From a virus (taxonomy: Duplodnaviria > Heunggongvirae > Uroviricota > Caudoviricetes): DNA of 64,000 nucleotides. Positions within the stretch are counted from its first letter, which is position 1. Each line of letters opens with the position of its first letter. The notes beneath the pieces are model-generated. The model searched no databases. It had not been told where the DNA came from and was given only the letters and a program-made list of their open reading frames with translations. The position numbers and the translations under genes were made by a program. This document shows positions 8,412 to 16,899 of this stretch, in pieces. The stretch lies in IMG/VR virus record IMGVR_UViG_3300036790_000223; one strand, given 5' to 3'.

Positions 8412-8485
8412 TGCTCGCGTCCGGAGCCGAACCGGAGTCCTCCCGGGTTTCAACCGAGCGCTCATTCCAACTGAGCTACACGAGC
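8412..8485 (-). tRNA. tRNA-Phe(GAA)
   Basis: GCTCGTG/CGCGAGC, CTCGG-TTGAAAC-CCGGG, TCCGGTTCGGCTCCGGA. Confidence 0.75.
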
Positions 8486-8687
8486 AAGTTCATGGGGGGC
8501 TGGCCCGCAGCCCGCTTCGACGACCCTGTCGCCTCCGCAGATCCACTACTCGTCTGGCCTGTCGCATTGCCCCGTAAAGGGGGGATGCTGCGGCGCTCAC
8601 TTTCGCAGGTACGCCAGCCCTCCGTTGGCCGTAACTTGATCGTCCCCACGGACCCGGGGGCCTCTGCGGCTAGCGATAGCCAGCCAG

Positions 8688-8761
8688 TCGGGATGACAGG
8701 ATTTGAACCTGCGACCTTCGCGTCCCGAACGCGACGCGCTACCAAGCTGCGCCACATCCCG
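8688..8761 (-). tRNA. tRNA-Pro(CGG)
   Basis: CGGGATG/CATCCCG, TCGCG-TTCGGGA-CGCGA, GCAGGTTCAAATCCTGT. Confidence 0.75.
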
Positions 8762-8868
8762 ATTTGGGGCAGCTAAATCACCCACGTTGACGGATGGGTG
8801 GATGATCCTTCCCCCCGGCTCTGCCGTCTGTTTCTGTCCGGGAGCGCGCCTGCTGCCAAGGCGACTCG

Positions 8869-8942
8869 TCAGCGTGCCCAGATTTGAACTGGGGACTTCC
8901 TGCTCCCAAAGCAGGCGCGCTACCAAGCTGCGCCACACGCTG
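8869..8942 (-). tRNA. tRNA-Pro(TGG)
   Basis: CAGCGTG/CACGCTG, CCTGC-TTTGGGA-GCAGG, CCCAGTTCAAATCTGGG. Confidence 0.75.
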
Positions 8943-9116
8943 TTACCTCAGCCCCGCCCGCTCCGGCCCCCATGAACAAGTGGTACGGGCGAGGCTGGGT
9001 TTGCTGACCCACCACCAGGCTGACTAGCTCCGGTGCGGCTGTCTTACCACCGGAACCAGGCGGCCCTCAGTGGTGGTCAGCAGTAAAACGCCGGGCGTGC
9101 TTGCCACTTAACACCA

Positions 9117-9164
9117 CCGCCCCTTTCGGGGCGGACCGGAATCGAACCGGCGCTTCCCAGCTCG
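9117..9164 (-). pseudogene. tRNA 3'-half fragment (T-arm + acceptor-like hairpin) abutting tRNA-Ala
   Basis: CCGGTTCGATTCCGG T-arm followed by perfect hairpin CCGCCCC-TTTC-GGGGCGG; no room for a 5' half before 9165. Confidence 0.35.
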
Positions 9165-9237
9165 TGGACCGTCGCGGGCTCGAACCGCGCACCCCCTGCT
9201 TGCAAAGCAGGTGCTCTACCAGATGAGCTAACAGCCC
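9165..9237 (-). tRNA. tRNA-Ala(TGC) with G3:U70
   Basis: GGGCTGT/ACGGTCC, CCTGC-TTTGCAA-GCAGG, CGCGGTTCGAGCCCGCG. Confidence 0.75.
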
Positions 9238-9325
9238 TGGAGTGGGGGCGTTCCTGACAGCTTGCTTCCGTCAGGCGAGTGGGACTGCCCTCAGGGGCAT
9301 TTCTCCCCTTCTCCGACTCCCCACG

Positions 9326-9400
9326 TGGTCTGCCCTGGACTTGAACCAGAGAATCTTCCCCTCACGGGGCTGCTCTATGCCGTTGAGCTACTGACCGAGC
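9326..9400 (-). pseudogene. degenerate tRNA-like element
   Basis: Canonical D-arm (GCTCAACGGCATAGAGC) and T-arm (TCTGGTTCAAGTCCAGG) but anticodon arm replaced by CCCC-GTGA-GGGG tetraloop hairpin; acceptor does not pair. Confidence 0.35.
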
Positions 9401-9649
9401 GCCAGGTATCGGCAAGGGGGGCCACCCCTATCCCGCACCTGGCTACCCTCCTGCCCGTCAAGACGGGGGCTATCCCGCTACCCGGTGTGACCCGGGGCGG
9501 CCCGTCAAGGAGCAGGATGCTGGTGGACGGTCCCATTGACCCTCAGCCAGGCTGAGGCGGGTTCTTCCCCGCAGTTTCGCCCGTCGACCGTTCACCTAGG
9601 ATGTCTCCGGTCCCCGCTGCGGGTTTCCAGCCTTTCGGCTTCCGTCCCG

Positions 9650-9722
9650 TGGAGCTAGCGCGACTTGAACGCGCGGCCTCCGCCATGCCATGGCGGCGCT
9701 CTGCCAGCTGAGCTACAGCCCC
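9650..9722 (-). tRNA. tRNA-Ala(GGC) with G3:U70
   Basis: GGGGCTG TA GCTCAGCTGGCAGAGC, CCGCC-ATGGCAT-GGCGG, GCGCGTTCAAGTCGCGC, TAGCTCC 3' acceptor as in E. coli Ala. Confidence 0.75.
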
Positions 9723-9974
9723 TCGCGGTGCCGGTCGGGCCGTTGCAATTCGGTGACCGGTCACCTGCACACTTCTTCCCCCATGGGTTCATCGCCGCCG
9801 TGCGCTATGGCTGCTACCTGCTCTAACCCTCACAGGGGGGCCTTATCTCGCCGGGGGAGGCGGGCTGCTGGCCCTCCCTAGGAGGGCACTGGTGCCCGCC
9901 CGACCCCGGCGAACTTTGGTCTTCAGTTCCAGTTGTCTAGTTGCTAGCACGTCCACCCGCAGGTTGGTGCCGAG

Positions 9975-10046
9975 CACGGGGGCTAGGAGTCGAACCTAGT
10001 TCTCACCGGTTTTGGAGACCGATCGCCTAGCCGTTGGCTCCCCCGC
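9975..10046 (-). tRNA. tRNA-Trp(CCA)
   Basis: TCGGT-CTCCAAA-ACCGG, CTAGGTTCGACTCCTAG; overlaps the last ~17 codons of the HNH ORF. Confidence 0.65.
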
Positions 10047-10430
10047 TCGTCTGCGGTGCTTCCACTCACGGTTGTACTCACGTTTCCGCGCTCGGCACGG
10101 CTCGCAAGGGCAGTTCCGCTTTCCGGAAACCCCGCCACCGTGTTCGACCCCGATCTCTGAACTGGTCTTCTGTCGGTGGCAGAGTCTGCATAGAAGCTGG
10201 CACTTAGCCAGCTCTGCTGCTAGCTCCGCATCTCCCCGGTTCCACCGCACAGTGATCGTGAATTCCTTCAGCGCCCGACTGACGTGGTCGAACTGGAGAT
10301 CTTCAGTTGTGTTGCACTTTGCGCACTTACCACCCAGCAGGCCGATCAGCTTCCGCTTCGCTGCTTCGTAGCGATCCCGGTCGTATTCTGACCGGTCCCA
10401 CTCGGATGCCCACCAGTCCCTGGTTTCCAT
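9996..10430 (-). CDS. HNH endonuclease
   Basis: DHV...LLCRLCH HNH core, Cys-rich C-terminal half; 144 aa. Confidence 0.7.
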   Translation of the reverse strand: METRDWWASEWDRSEYDRDRYEAAKRKLIGLLGGKCAKCNTTEDLQFDHVSRALKEFTITVRWNRGDAELAAELAKCQLLCRLCHRQKTSSEIGVEHGGGVSGKRNCPCEPCRARKREYNREWKHRRRAGEPTARRSVSKTGEN

Positions 10431-10464
10431 CTGCCTGCTAGTAGCTTACCGGATGTGACGCCAT

Positions 10465-10479
10465 ATGTAAACGGCTTAT
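10465..10479. promoter_or_regulatory. GTAAACGG-family motif copy (ATGTAAACGGCTTAT), upstream of the leftward HNH/tRNA block
   Basis: Identical to 386-400; sits between an imperfect long hairpin (10487-10565) and the HNH start. Confidence 0.45.
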
Positions 10480-10611
10480 TTCGGAAGGGGCGGACCTCCG
10501 GCTCCAGCAGACCCCAGCAGGAGTTACTTACGGAAAGGAAAGCGCGGAGCCGGAGGCGGACCCGCCCCACAACCCGAAACCTACCTGACGCGGTCTGGCC
10601 CCGCTACCCGG

Positions 10612-11365
10612 TTAAACTTCCCAGGCCATCGTCTCGGTGTTCAGCAGCAGCAGGTTCCCCGCCATGGTGTCGCACGCTAGCCCGGTGGCCCGCAGCGGGC
10701 CGTAGCTCATGTTCACCGTCTTGTCGTAGCTCATGTGGTAGTGCCCGTGCATCAGGTAGCTGGGTGTCACCTCGCGCACCACCTCATCCAGCAGCTCGCG
10801 GTGTGCCTCGCAGGCAGGCAGCTGAGCCAGCCAGCTCCTGTCGCCCGGCACCGGCAGGTACAGCGGGACGCTGGCTGGGCAGTCGTGGGTCAGCATGATG
10901 TCGGCGTGGCCGCCAGCGATGGCAGCGTCTGCCTGGGCACGGGTGATGGCTGAACCAGTCGATCCCTTCCGTGCGCTCAGCCTTGTCGATGCTGTGGGCG
11001 CCGCCGAGGGCCAGCCAGGTGCGGTCATGCCAGGTCCAGCGGGTGCCCCGGGGCAGCCAGAAGATGTGGTTGCGGATGCGCACTGGCTTGCCCTGCTGAG
11101 CCATCAGAGAGAGCCGGTGGTGATCTTCGTGGTTGCCGTCCAGGAACCACAGCTGGACGCCGAACAGTGCCAGTGCTTCTTCTGCGGTGTCCAGGTAGTA
11201 CCGGCCGGATTTCTCGCCTGGCCAGTACCCAAAGTCACCCAGGTGCACGATGACCTTCTCGTCTTCATCCCCCAGGGCTGACGCGGCCACCTTGATGGAC
11301 TCGATTGCCCACCTGGTGTTGCCGTGCCAGTCACCCGCTATCGCGACCCGCTTGGGTCCTTCCAT
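10612..11365 (-). pseudogene. calcineurin-like metallophosphoesterase, split by a +1 frameshift near 10960
   Basis: N-half (GDWHGN, HLGDFGY, GNHE) in frame of ORF 10784-11617; C-half (GGHADIMLTHDCP, HGHYH) in ORF 10612-11028; frames switch around WFS/ITRAQ. Confidence 0.6.
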
Positions 11366-11447
11366 TTCCCTTTTCCCTTCCTGGTGGGCGCGACCGGGCT
11401 CCCCCCTTTGAAGGGAACCCGGTCGCCCACGTGGACACCCGCGTTGG

Positions 11448-11957
11448 TCAGGGGGTGTCGACTGGCTGCAGCCGGTAGTACCAGCCCGCATGCGGGACGG
11501 TGGTGCGAATCCAGATGTCACCGGCAACGTTGTCCCCGGCGGCTTCGTACCCGCTCCAGTGAACGCTGACCAGGGACCTGGTCCCGTCACCGTTGTCGAT
11601 GGTGGTCCACTGGTCACCGATCACCCCGGAGCAGGCCGTGATGATCAGTGTGAGCGAGTTGCCGGACGGGTTGGGCGAGAGGCAGCGGTTGTTGTCGGGC
11701 TTGTTGGAACCGCACAGCTGCAGTACGCCCGTGGTCCCGGCCTGAGGCGCGCACGTCGTGCGGCCCCCCACCGCCTCCGATACCGCGCTGGTGCCGAAGT
11801 TGAAGTTCGCTGTGTTGATGCACATGTGCTGGCCGTTGGCGGTGCAGATGTGGCCTGTGACCTGGGTGGCGCTGGCTGGAGAGGCGGTCGCCACCAGTGC
11901 GGCCAGAGCTGCCGCCGCCAAGATCGCAAACGCGATCCGTATGCGTGCTCGCACCAT
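11448..11957 (-). CDS. secreted protein, ricin-B-lectin-like (QxW-type repeats)
   Basis: Signal peptide MVRARIRIAFAILAAAALAALVATASPASA; Cys pairs and GDQW/LQLCG repeats. Confidence 0.55.
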   Translation of the reverse strand: MVRARIRIAFAILAAAALAALVATASPASATQVTGHICTANGQHMCINTANFNFGTSAVSEAVGGRTTCAPQAGTTGVLQLCGSNKPDNNRCLSPNPSGNSLTLIITACSGVIGDQWTTIDNGDGTRSLVSVHWSGYEAAGDNVAGDIWIRTTVPHAGWYYRLQPVDTP

Positions 11958-12289
11958 TCGTTTAGACCCTTTCGATTGGGTGTGGTTGGTGCGTGCATTC
12001 TTTCATACGGTAACCCTTCCCGTCCCTGCCCGGCGTTCCCTTCTTTCCCTGGTCTCCCGCCTACAGCGGGCACATAGGTGGCGTACCACTCCAGCACCGC
12101 ATCGAGCGGGAACTGCAACAGCCCGTCCACCCGTACCGGAGCGGGAAAGCCGTTGCTCCCCCGGCGCGTGTACCACGACCACACCTGTTGCCGGGTGAAG
12201 GGCTTGCCCCGGCGGCTGAGCCCATAGCGGCCCGCGAGGGCCAGGGCGACCTTAGTGAACCCGCCGTGGCCCGGAATCTGCTCGCTCAT
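11645..12289 (-). CDS. hypothetical protein; only the N-terminal ~110 aa look real
   Basis: 214-aa ORF whose low-complexity C-terminal half overlaps 11448-11957 in another frame; true 3' end unclear. Confidence 0.35.
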   Translation of the reverse strand: MSEQIPGHGGFTKVALALAGRYGLSRRGKPFTRQQVWSWYTRRGSNGFPAPVRVDGLLQFPLDAVLEWYATYVPAVGGRPGKEGNAGQGREGLPYERMHAPTTPNRKGLNEWCEHAYGSRLRSWRRQLWPHWWRPPLQPAPPRSQATSAPPTASTCASTQRTSTSAPARYRRRWGAARRARLRPGPRAYCSCAVPTSPTTTAASRPTRPATRSH

Positions 12290-12642
12290 CGTGCATGTCG
12301 CGTGCCGGGCAGGGCGTAGTCGTCAGTGGTGCATTGAGGCAGCGCACCATCCAGCCCAAGCACGCCCAGCATCAGCGCCAGGTAAGCGGCGTCGCGGCGG
12401 TGGTTGCGGTCCCAGCATCGAGCCCACGCCCGGCAGCCGTGCTGGTTGGCCATCCGGCGGGCCAGCATCGAGGCCAGCCGCCCGTTAGACAGGTCGACCG
12501 CATCAGGGTGGCCCATCGAGCCCGCCAGCAGGTGAGTATCGTGCAGGAACTCGCCGGTAGCTTTCGACGGCAGGCTCCCGGTGCTAAGCCGCGCGATGCG
12601 GTCAGCACCTACCTGTGCTGCTGTGACGCGATGGGCCACCAT
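12286..12642 (-). CDS. hypothetical protein
   Basis: 118-aa ORF. Confidence 0.4.
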   Translation of the reverse strand: MVAHRVTAAQVGADRIARLSTGSLPSKATGEFLHDTHLLAGSMGHPDAVDLSNGRLASMLARRMANQHGCRAWARCWDRNHRRDAAYLALMLGVLGLDGALPQCTTDDYALPGTRHAR

Positions 12643-12648
12643 GATCTC

Positions 12649-13977
12649 CTAGGTCCCTTCGAAGGCCAGCCGCACCCGCCGCAGCTGGACTGACAGTCGT
12701 GTGTTCTCTTCCTTCAGCCGGGCCACTTCGGTCTCCAGCTCGGCCACCCGCCCGGCATCTGCGCCGGTCAGGTTAGCCCGCAACCAGGTGATCACCTGGT
12801 CGGGGGTGGCCCCGATCATGGCGTCAGCCGGGACCACCACAGCCAGGTCTTCTGGCTCTGGCTCAGGCTCGGGTGCGGGGTGGAAGGCTTCATCCATGAT
12901 CTCCTGGTACAGGTCGTCGGAGGCGGGCAGTTCGTGTGACTTGTCCAGGTGCCGGGCCAGAGCTGCCTTGGAGTACCAGTGCATCTCATCCAGCGGGCAC
13001 CACCATTCGCGGTGCGGGCTTTCGGGATGCATGGTGTCCTCGTGGCGGCGGCGCTCCCCGGCGTCCATCGGCGGACGAGGGCAATCCGGCTCACGGCATG
13101 GGTACAGCTGTGGGCTGGGCTGCGGCTCACCACCGGGGGCGACCGGAGCAGCGGTGTCCGGCGGGACAGGCAGCCAGAACTTCCACTGCCCGCTGGGGGT
13201 CTCACGACCACCAGCCTCCCCTTCCTCCACCATCTCATGCAGGATGCGGCCGGTGTAGGCGGCTGAGCCGGGGTAGCCATGCTTGGTGGCTATGGCGTGG
13301 ATCTGCACGATGAACGCGGGCTCATTCAGCTCTTCCATCGCGGTAGCGATCCAGCTCTCCGCTGTGCAGTGGTCGTCGTAGACGTGCTTGTTCAGCCAGG
13401 ACTGGCTGCCCCGCCGCTCGCCACAGATCCCGCCAGGGCGACCGGGCGCTGCCCAGGTGCAGACAAACGGGGCCAGTGCCGTCTCCACCCGGGCGGGGGA
13501 GCGGTCTTCGCCCGCTTCGGCCTTGGTCAGCTTCTTCTCAGCTGGGCGCGGCGGAATTGGCTTAGGCGCGACAGCCGGGGGCACGTCATTGAAGTCCGCC
13601 CGGACGAACCAGGTGGACGGCGTGACCCGGTTGCCCTGGTTGGTGCACACCAGGTTTCCGCTGGCGCGCAGGTACCAGTTCAGCTCCCGCTTGAACGCCT
13701 TGATGGCCGGTTCCGGCTCATCGAGGGTGTTCCACATCGAGTCGATGATGTAGTTCACGCTGCCCCGCCAGCGGTAGCCACTGGCGTCGCTGTAGTCCAT
13801 CTCCTGAGGGGGCTCACGACGGGCAGCGTCAGCGTTGGTACCGGCCCGCTGCAACACCGCACGGTGCACGGCGGCAGCCGCGAGCGCCATCGTCTCTGGC
13901 ACGGATAGGTCTGGCAGGCCATCGCCTGCCAGATCGGCCAGATCGCGCCCTCCAACTATCACGCGAGGTTCTGACAT
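12649..13977 (-). CDS. large protein with classical C2H2 zinc-finger motif and C-terminal coiled coil
   Basis: YPCREPDCPRPPMDAGERRRHEDTMH fits C-x4-C-x12-H-x4-H; second HxxxxH segment; 442 aa. Confidence 0.6.
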   Translation of the reverse strand: MSEPRVIVGGRDLADLAGDGLPDLSVPETMALAAAAVHRAVLQRAGTNADAARREPPQEMDYSDASGYRWRGSVNYIIDSMWNTLDEPEPAIKAFKRELNWYLRASGNLVCTNQGNRVTPSTWFVRADFNDVPPAVAPKPIPPRPAEKKLTKAEAGEDRSPARVETALAPFVCTWAAPGRPGGICGERRGSQSWLNKHVYDDHCTAESWIATAMEELNEPAFIVQIHAIATKHGYPGSAAYTGRILHEMVEEGEAGGRETPSGQWKFWLPVPPDTAAPVAPGGEPQPSPQLYPCREPDCPRPPMDAGERRRHEDTMHPESPHREWWCPLDEMHWYSKAALARHLDKSHELPASDDLYQEIMDEAFHPAPEPEPEPEDLAVVVPADAMIGATPDQVITWLRANLTGADAGRVAELETEVARLKEENTRLSVQLRRVRLAFEGT

Positions 13978-14012
13978 AGTTTCCTGTTTCCTGTTCCCTA
14001 GTTACGGCTAAT

Positions 14013-14025
14013 CCCGTTTACGCAT
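14013..14025. promoter_or_regulatory. GTAAACGGG motif copy (minus orientation: ATGCGTAAACGGG)
   Basis: Intergenic, upstream of leftward gene starting at 13977. Confidence 0.4.
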
Positions 14026-14050
14026 TATACCTCATGAGCCCCCCTATGGG

Positions 14051-14662
14051 CTATAGCCATTCGACCACGTCGGTAGCGTCAGCGATGCCGTCATCCTTCT
14101 CAGCGGCCAGCTGCAGCAGACGCTGAGCTGGTGCGGACAGACGGTCCACCACTGCCGTGCCCGGCGTGGAGTGCGGGTCTTGCAGCTGGCTCATCACCTG
14201 ACGAGCATCAGCGCAAGCGTAGATGGTAAAGCGGTCTTCCTCCAGGTCTACCAGCTGCTCGGCCAGGTCACGCAGCGCTGGTGGGCGGCAGCGGTCACAG
14301 GGCTTAGCAGTCTCAGGCAGGTCGTCCGGGTGCTCGGGCAGCCCGGTGTTGCAACGGCTGTTATGCAGGTGGTACACCAGCGAGCGCCCGGTCAGGTGCA
14401 GCACGTACCCCTTAGGCCGCAATGGCTCCAGAGGGTCGGCTGCTCCGCCGTTCGCATCGCGGCGCACTTCCCAGTCCCGGTACAGTGCCATCTCAATCCA
14501 GCGACGACGGCGCCGTTCGGTGTCGGTGTTGACTTCTGCCAGCTTTTCCCCGTAGAAGGCTCGCTGGCCCAGCCCCGCCTGCAGCCGGATCTCGCGGACG
14601 TGGCTACTCACCACTAGCTCCCTTCCCTTTCCTTTTCCCTTACCCCCCCGGCACCCTAGCAC
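14051..14662 (-). CDS. hypothetical protein
   Basis: 203-aa ORF; start uncertain. Confidence 0.45.
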   Translation of the reverse strand: MLGCRGGKGKGKGRELVVSSHVREIRLQAGLGQRAFYGEKLAEVNTDTERRRRRWIEMALYRDWEVRRDANGGAADPLEPLRPKGYVLHLTGRSLVYHLHNSRCNTGLPEHPDDLPETAKPCDRCRPPALRDLAEQLVDLEEDRFTIYACADARQVMSQLQDPHSTPGTAVVDRLSAPAQRLLQLAAEKDDGIADATDVVEWL

Positions 14663-14722
14663 CTACCTTACCGCCCTGCGGCCTGCCAGCCAGCCGGGCG
14701 AGCAGCGGGTATTATTGCTGCT

Positions 14723-15259
14723 ATGAACGTAAAGGGTGGAACCGGGGCAGTTATTTCCCGTGACGATGTAGAGAAGGCCCTGTGGCAGGTGACCGGCTGG
14801 CAAGGCGACCAGGCCGCCATCGACGGGGTCATGGTGGTCATTGAAGCCTGGAACGCCAGTGCCACCGAGGCTCTGACGCGCTCCAGTGACAGCTTCCGCA
14901 ACGGCTATTACCACGCCCTGGTCACCATGGCCAGTGCCATTCTGGAAACCGGCGGCAAGATGCGCCTGGTGCCACCGGGGGCTGAGCCAGTGCTGCGCGC
15001 TGGTGACGTGGACGAGCTGGCAGAAGCCATCGTAGCCCGGCTGCGGCCTAATACCGCTGCAGTTGAGGCAGCGGAGCGCATCCGTGAGTTCTACGGCGGG
15101 CCAGCTCCACTGCCCGATGGGGTGGTCCCGGCAGAGAAGACCTGCACCGGGTGCGGGCGCTCTAAGCCGCTGGAAACCGGGTTCTATAAGGACGCCAAGG
15201 GTAAGTTTGGCCGTAAGGCCCGGTGCAAAGAGTGCGAAAAGGGCCGGGAGGCTGCATAA
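14723..15259 (+). CDS. hypothetical protein with C-terminal Zn ribbon
   Basis: CTGCGRSKP...CKECEKG at C-terminus. Confidence 0.5.
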   Translation: MNVKGGTGAVISRDDVEKALWQVTGWQGDQAAIDGVMVVIEAWNASATEALTRSSDSFRNGYYHALVTMASAILETGGKMRLVPPGAEPVLRAGDVDELAEAIVARLRPNTAAVEAAERIREFYGGPAPLPDGVVPAEKTCTGCGRSKPLETGFYKDAKGKFGRKARCKECEKGREAA

Positions 15260-15293
15260 CCTCCTGGCCAAGGCAGGAAAGGGAGCGACGGGA

Positions 15294-15827
15294 ATGATGA
15301 CACCAGCACAGCTGGGGTGGATGGCAGCGGTCATTGACCTCAAGGGCATGATGCTCCGCAAAAAGAACACCCAGAGAGCCACCCCCCAGCTGGTGCTGGT
15401 GGTGGAGAGCCGCAACCTGAACGTGATCCGCCGCCTGGCCGACATGACCGGGGGCAACCCGGAGGCTAAGCGGCTGGTGGACGTCAAGGAGTGGATGCGG
15501 CGGGGCTGCACCGTGCACTGCCCTGAGGCCCACGTGCACGTAGACGACAAGCACATGCCGGTGACCCAGCGCTGGACGGTGACCGGGGTGGCGGCCGGGA
15601 TCGTGTTGCATAACCTGGCGCCGTACCTGGTAGCCGACAAGCCATACCAGGAGTTCCTGGACATGGCGATAGAGAACTCGGCCATGTTTGGCCAGGGATC
15701 GGGGCTGGTGCGGTCAACGGTGACCCGGCTGGTCGTGCTGGGCTGGGGCCTGCCACCGAAGCTGGCCTCTGACCTGGTGGAGATTGCCCGGATAGCCGAG
15801 CAAGCCGCCAAGGCGGTGTCCGCGTGA
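15294..15827 (+). CDS. hypothetical protein, weak LAGLIDADG-like motif
   Basis: LGWMAAVIDLKG near N-terminus; ~177 aa; internal ATG of ORF 15063-15827. Confidence 0.45.
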   Translation: MMTPAQLGWMAAVIDLKGMMLRKKNTQRATPQLVLVVESRNLNVIRRLADMTGGNPEAKRLVDVKEWMRRGCTVHCPEAHVHVDDKHMPVTQRWTVTGVAAGIVLHNLAPYLVADKPYQEFLDMAIENSAMFGQGSGLVRSTVTRLVVLGWGLPPKLASDLVEIARIAEQAAKAVSA

Positions 15828-15867
15828 GCCCGGATAGCTACGCCATGCTGTTCAATGTCTGCCTCTG

Positions 15868-16899
15868 GTGCTTTGCTTGGCAGCTGATGAACGCAGGATG
15901 GTTCGACGGTTACTGGGAGCGGCAGTGGTGAATGAGCGAGGCCAGGCAGTGGAGCTAATGCTCCCGGGGGCAGACGTCGCCCGCCGGGAGGAGTGGCTGG
16001 CGGCTCGCCGCGCTGGCATCACTGCCTCAGAGATCGGCGTCATCCTTGGCTACTCGTCTTACACCTCTCCCTTCTCCCTGTACTGGGAGAAGAAGGGGCT
16101 GCTGGATGACGCATCACCCGACACCCGGATGGCCCTGGGCACCTACCTGGAGCCGTTCATCTGCGACCAGTTCGCTGAAAGGTACCCCGAGTATGCAGTG
16201 GTGCAGGTGGGGCTCTCGTGCCGCCGGGACCGCATGTGGCAGATGGCTACCTTCGACCGGGTAGCCATCCCCGCCGACCCCGCCAGCGATCCGCTGCTGT
16301 CTGATCCGGTGCCGGTGGAGGCTAAGACCTACTCCACCTACGAGGGCTGGGGACCGGAGGGCTCGCTGACCGTGCCCCCGGCCTACTGGTGCCAGGTGCA
16401 GTGGCAGATGGACGTGCTCGGGGCGAGCTACGGCTACCTGGTGTGCTTGTTTCTGCTCAACCAGGAGATCCGGGTCTACGAGCTGCCCCGTGACGACGAA
16501 GACCTGGAGGCCATGCGGAGCGCCGCGCTGGAGTTCCGCCGCCTGCTGGCGGACGACGAGTACCCGCCCATCGACGGCTCTGCCTCCACGGCGGCCACGC
16601 TGCGTGGGCTGTACGACCGCTCCGATGCGGGGGAAGCAACGCTTGGCCCGGCGCTGGTGCGCAGCTACTACGCTGCCCAGCGCAACTACCGGCTAGCTGA
16701 CCGGCGCAAAAAGCTGATCGACAACCGGGTGCGCGCTGCGCTCGGTGAGGCCAGGTTCGGCCGGGACCGCCGAGGCCGCAAGGTTGTCACCCGCAGCAGC
16801 TACAAGGTCGGATCTCACATGGTGAACGCCTTTGCGGTGGACAAGCTGCTGGCTTCTCGTGAGGCTGACCCGTACAGAAAGGAACAGGAAGATGGGTGA
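15868..16899 (+). CDS. YqaJ-like (RecE/lambda-Exo-type) recombination exonuclease
   Basis: GITASEIGVILGYSSYTSPFSLYWEKKG YqaJ signature; start may be internal (ATG ~15958). Confidence 0.8.
   Translation: MLCLAADERRMVRRLLGAAVVNERGQAVELMLPGADVARREEWLAARRAGITASEIGVILGYSSYTSPFSLYWEKKGLLDDASPDTRMALGTYLEPFICDQFAERYPEYAVVQVGLSCRRDRMWQMATFDRVAIPADPASDPLLSDPVPVEAKTYSTYEGWGPEGSLTVPPAYWCQVQWQMDVLGASYGYLVCLFLLNQEIRVYELPRDDEDLEAMRSAALEFRRLLADDEYPPIDGSASTAATLRGLYDRSDAGEATLGPALVRSYYAAQRNYRLADRRKKLIDNRVRAALGEARFGRDRRGRKVVTRSSYKVGSHMVNAFAVDKLLASREADPYRKEQEDG

Noticed and set aside
8486-8687. Possible tRNA between tRNA-Phe and tRNA-Pro(CGG)
   Set aside because: No GTTCGA/GTTCAA-type T-arm or anticodon arm found; region has only generic hairpins
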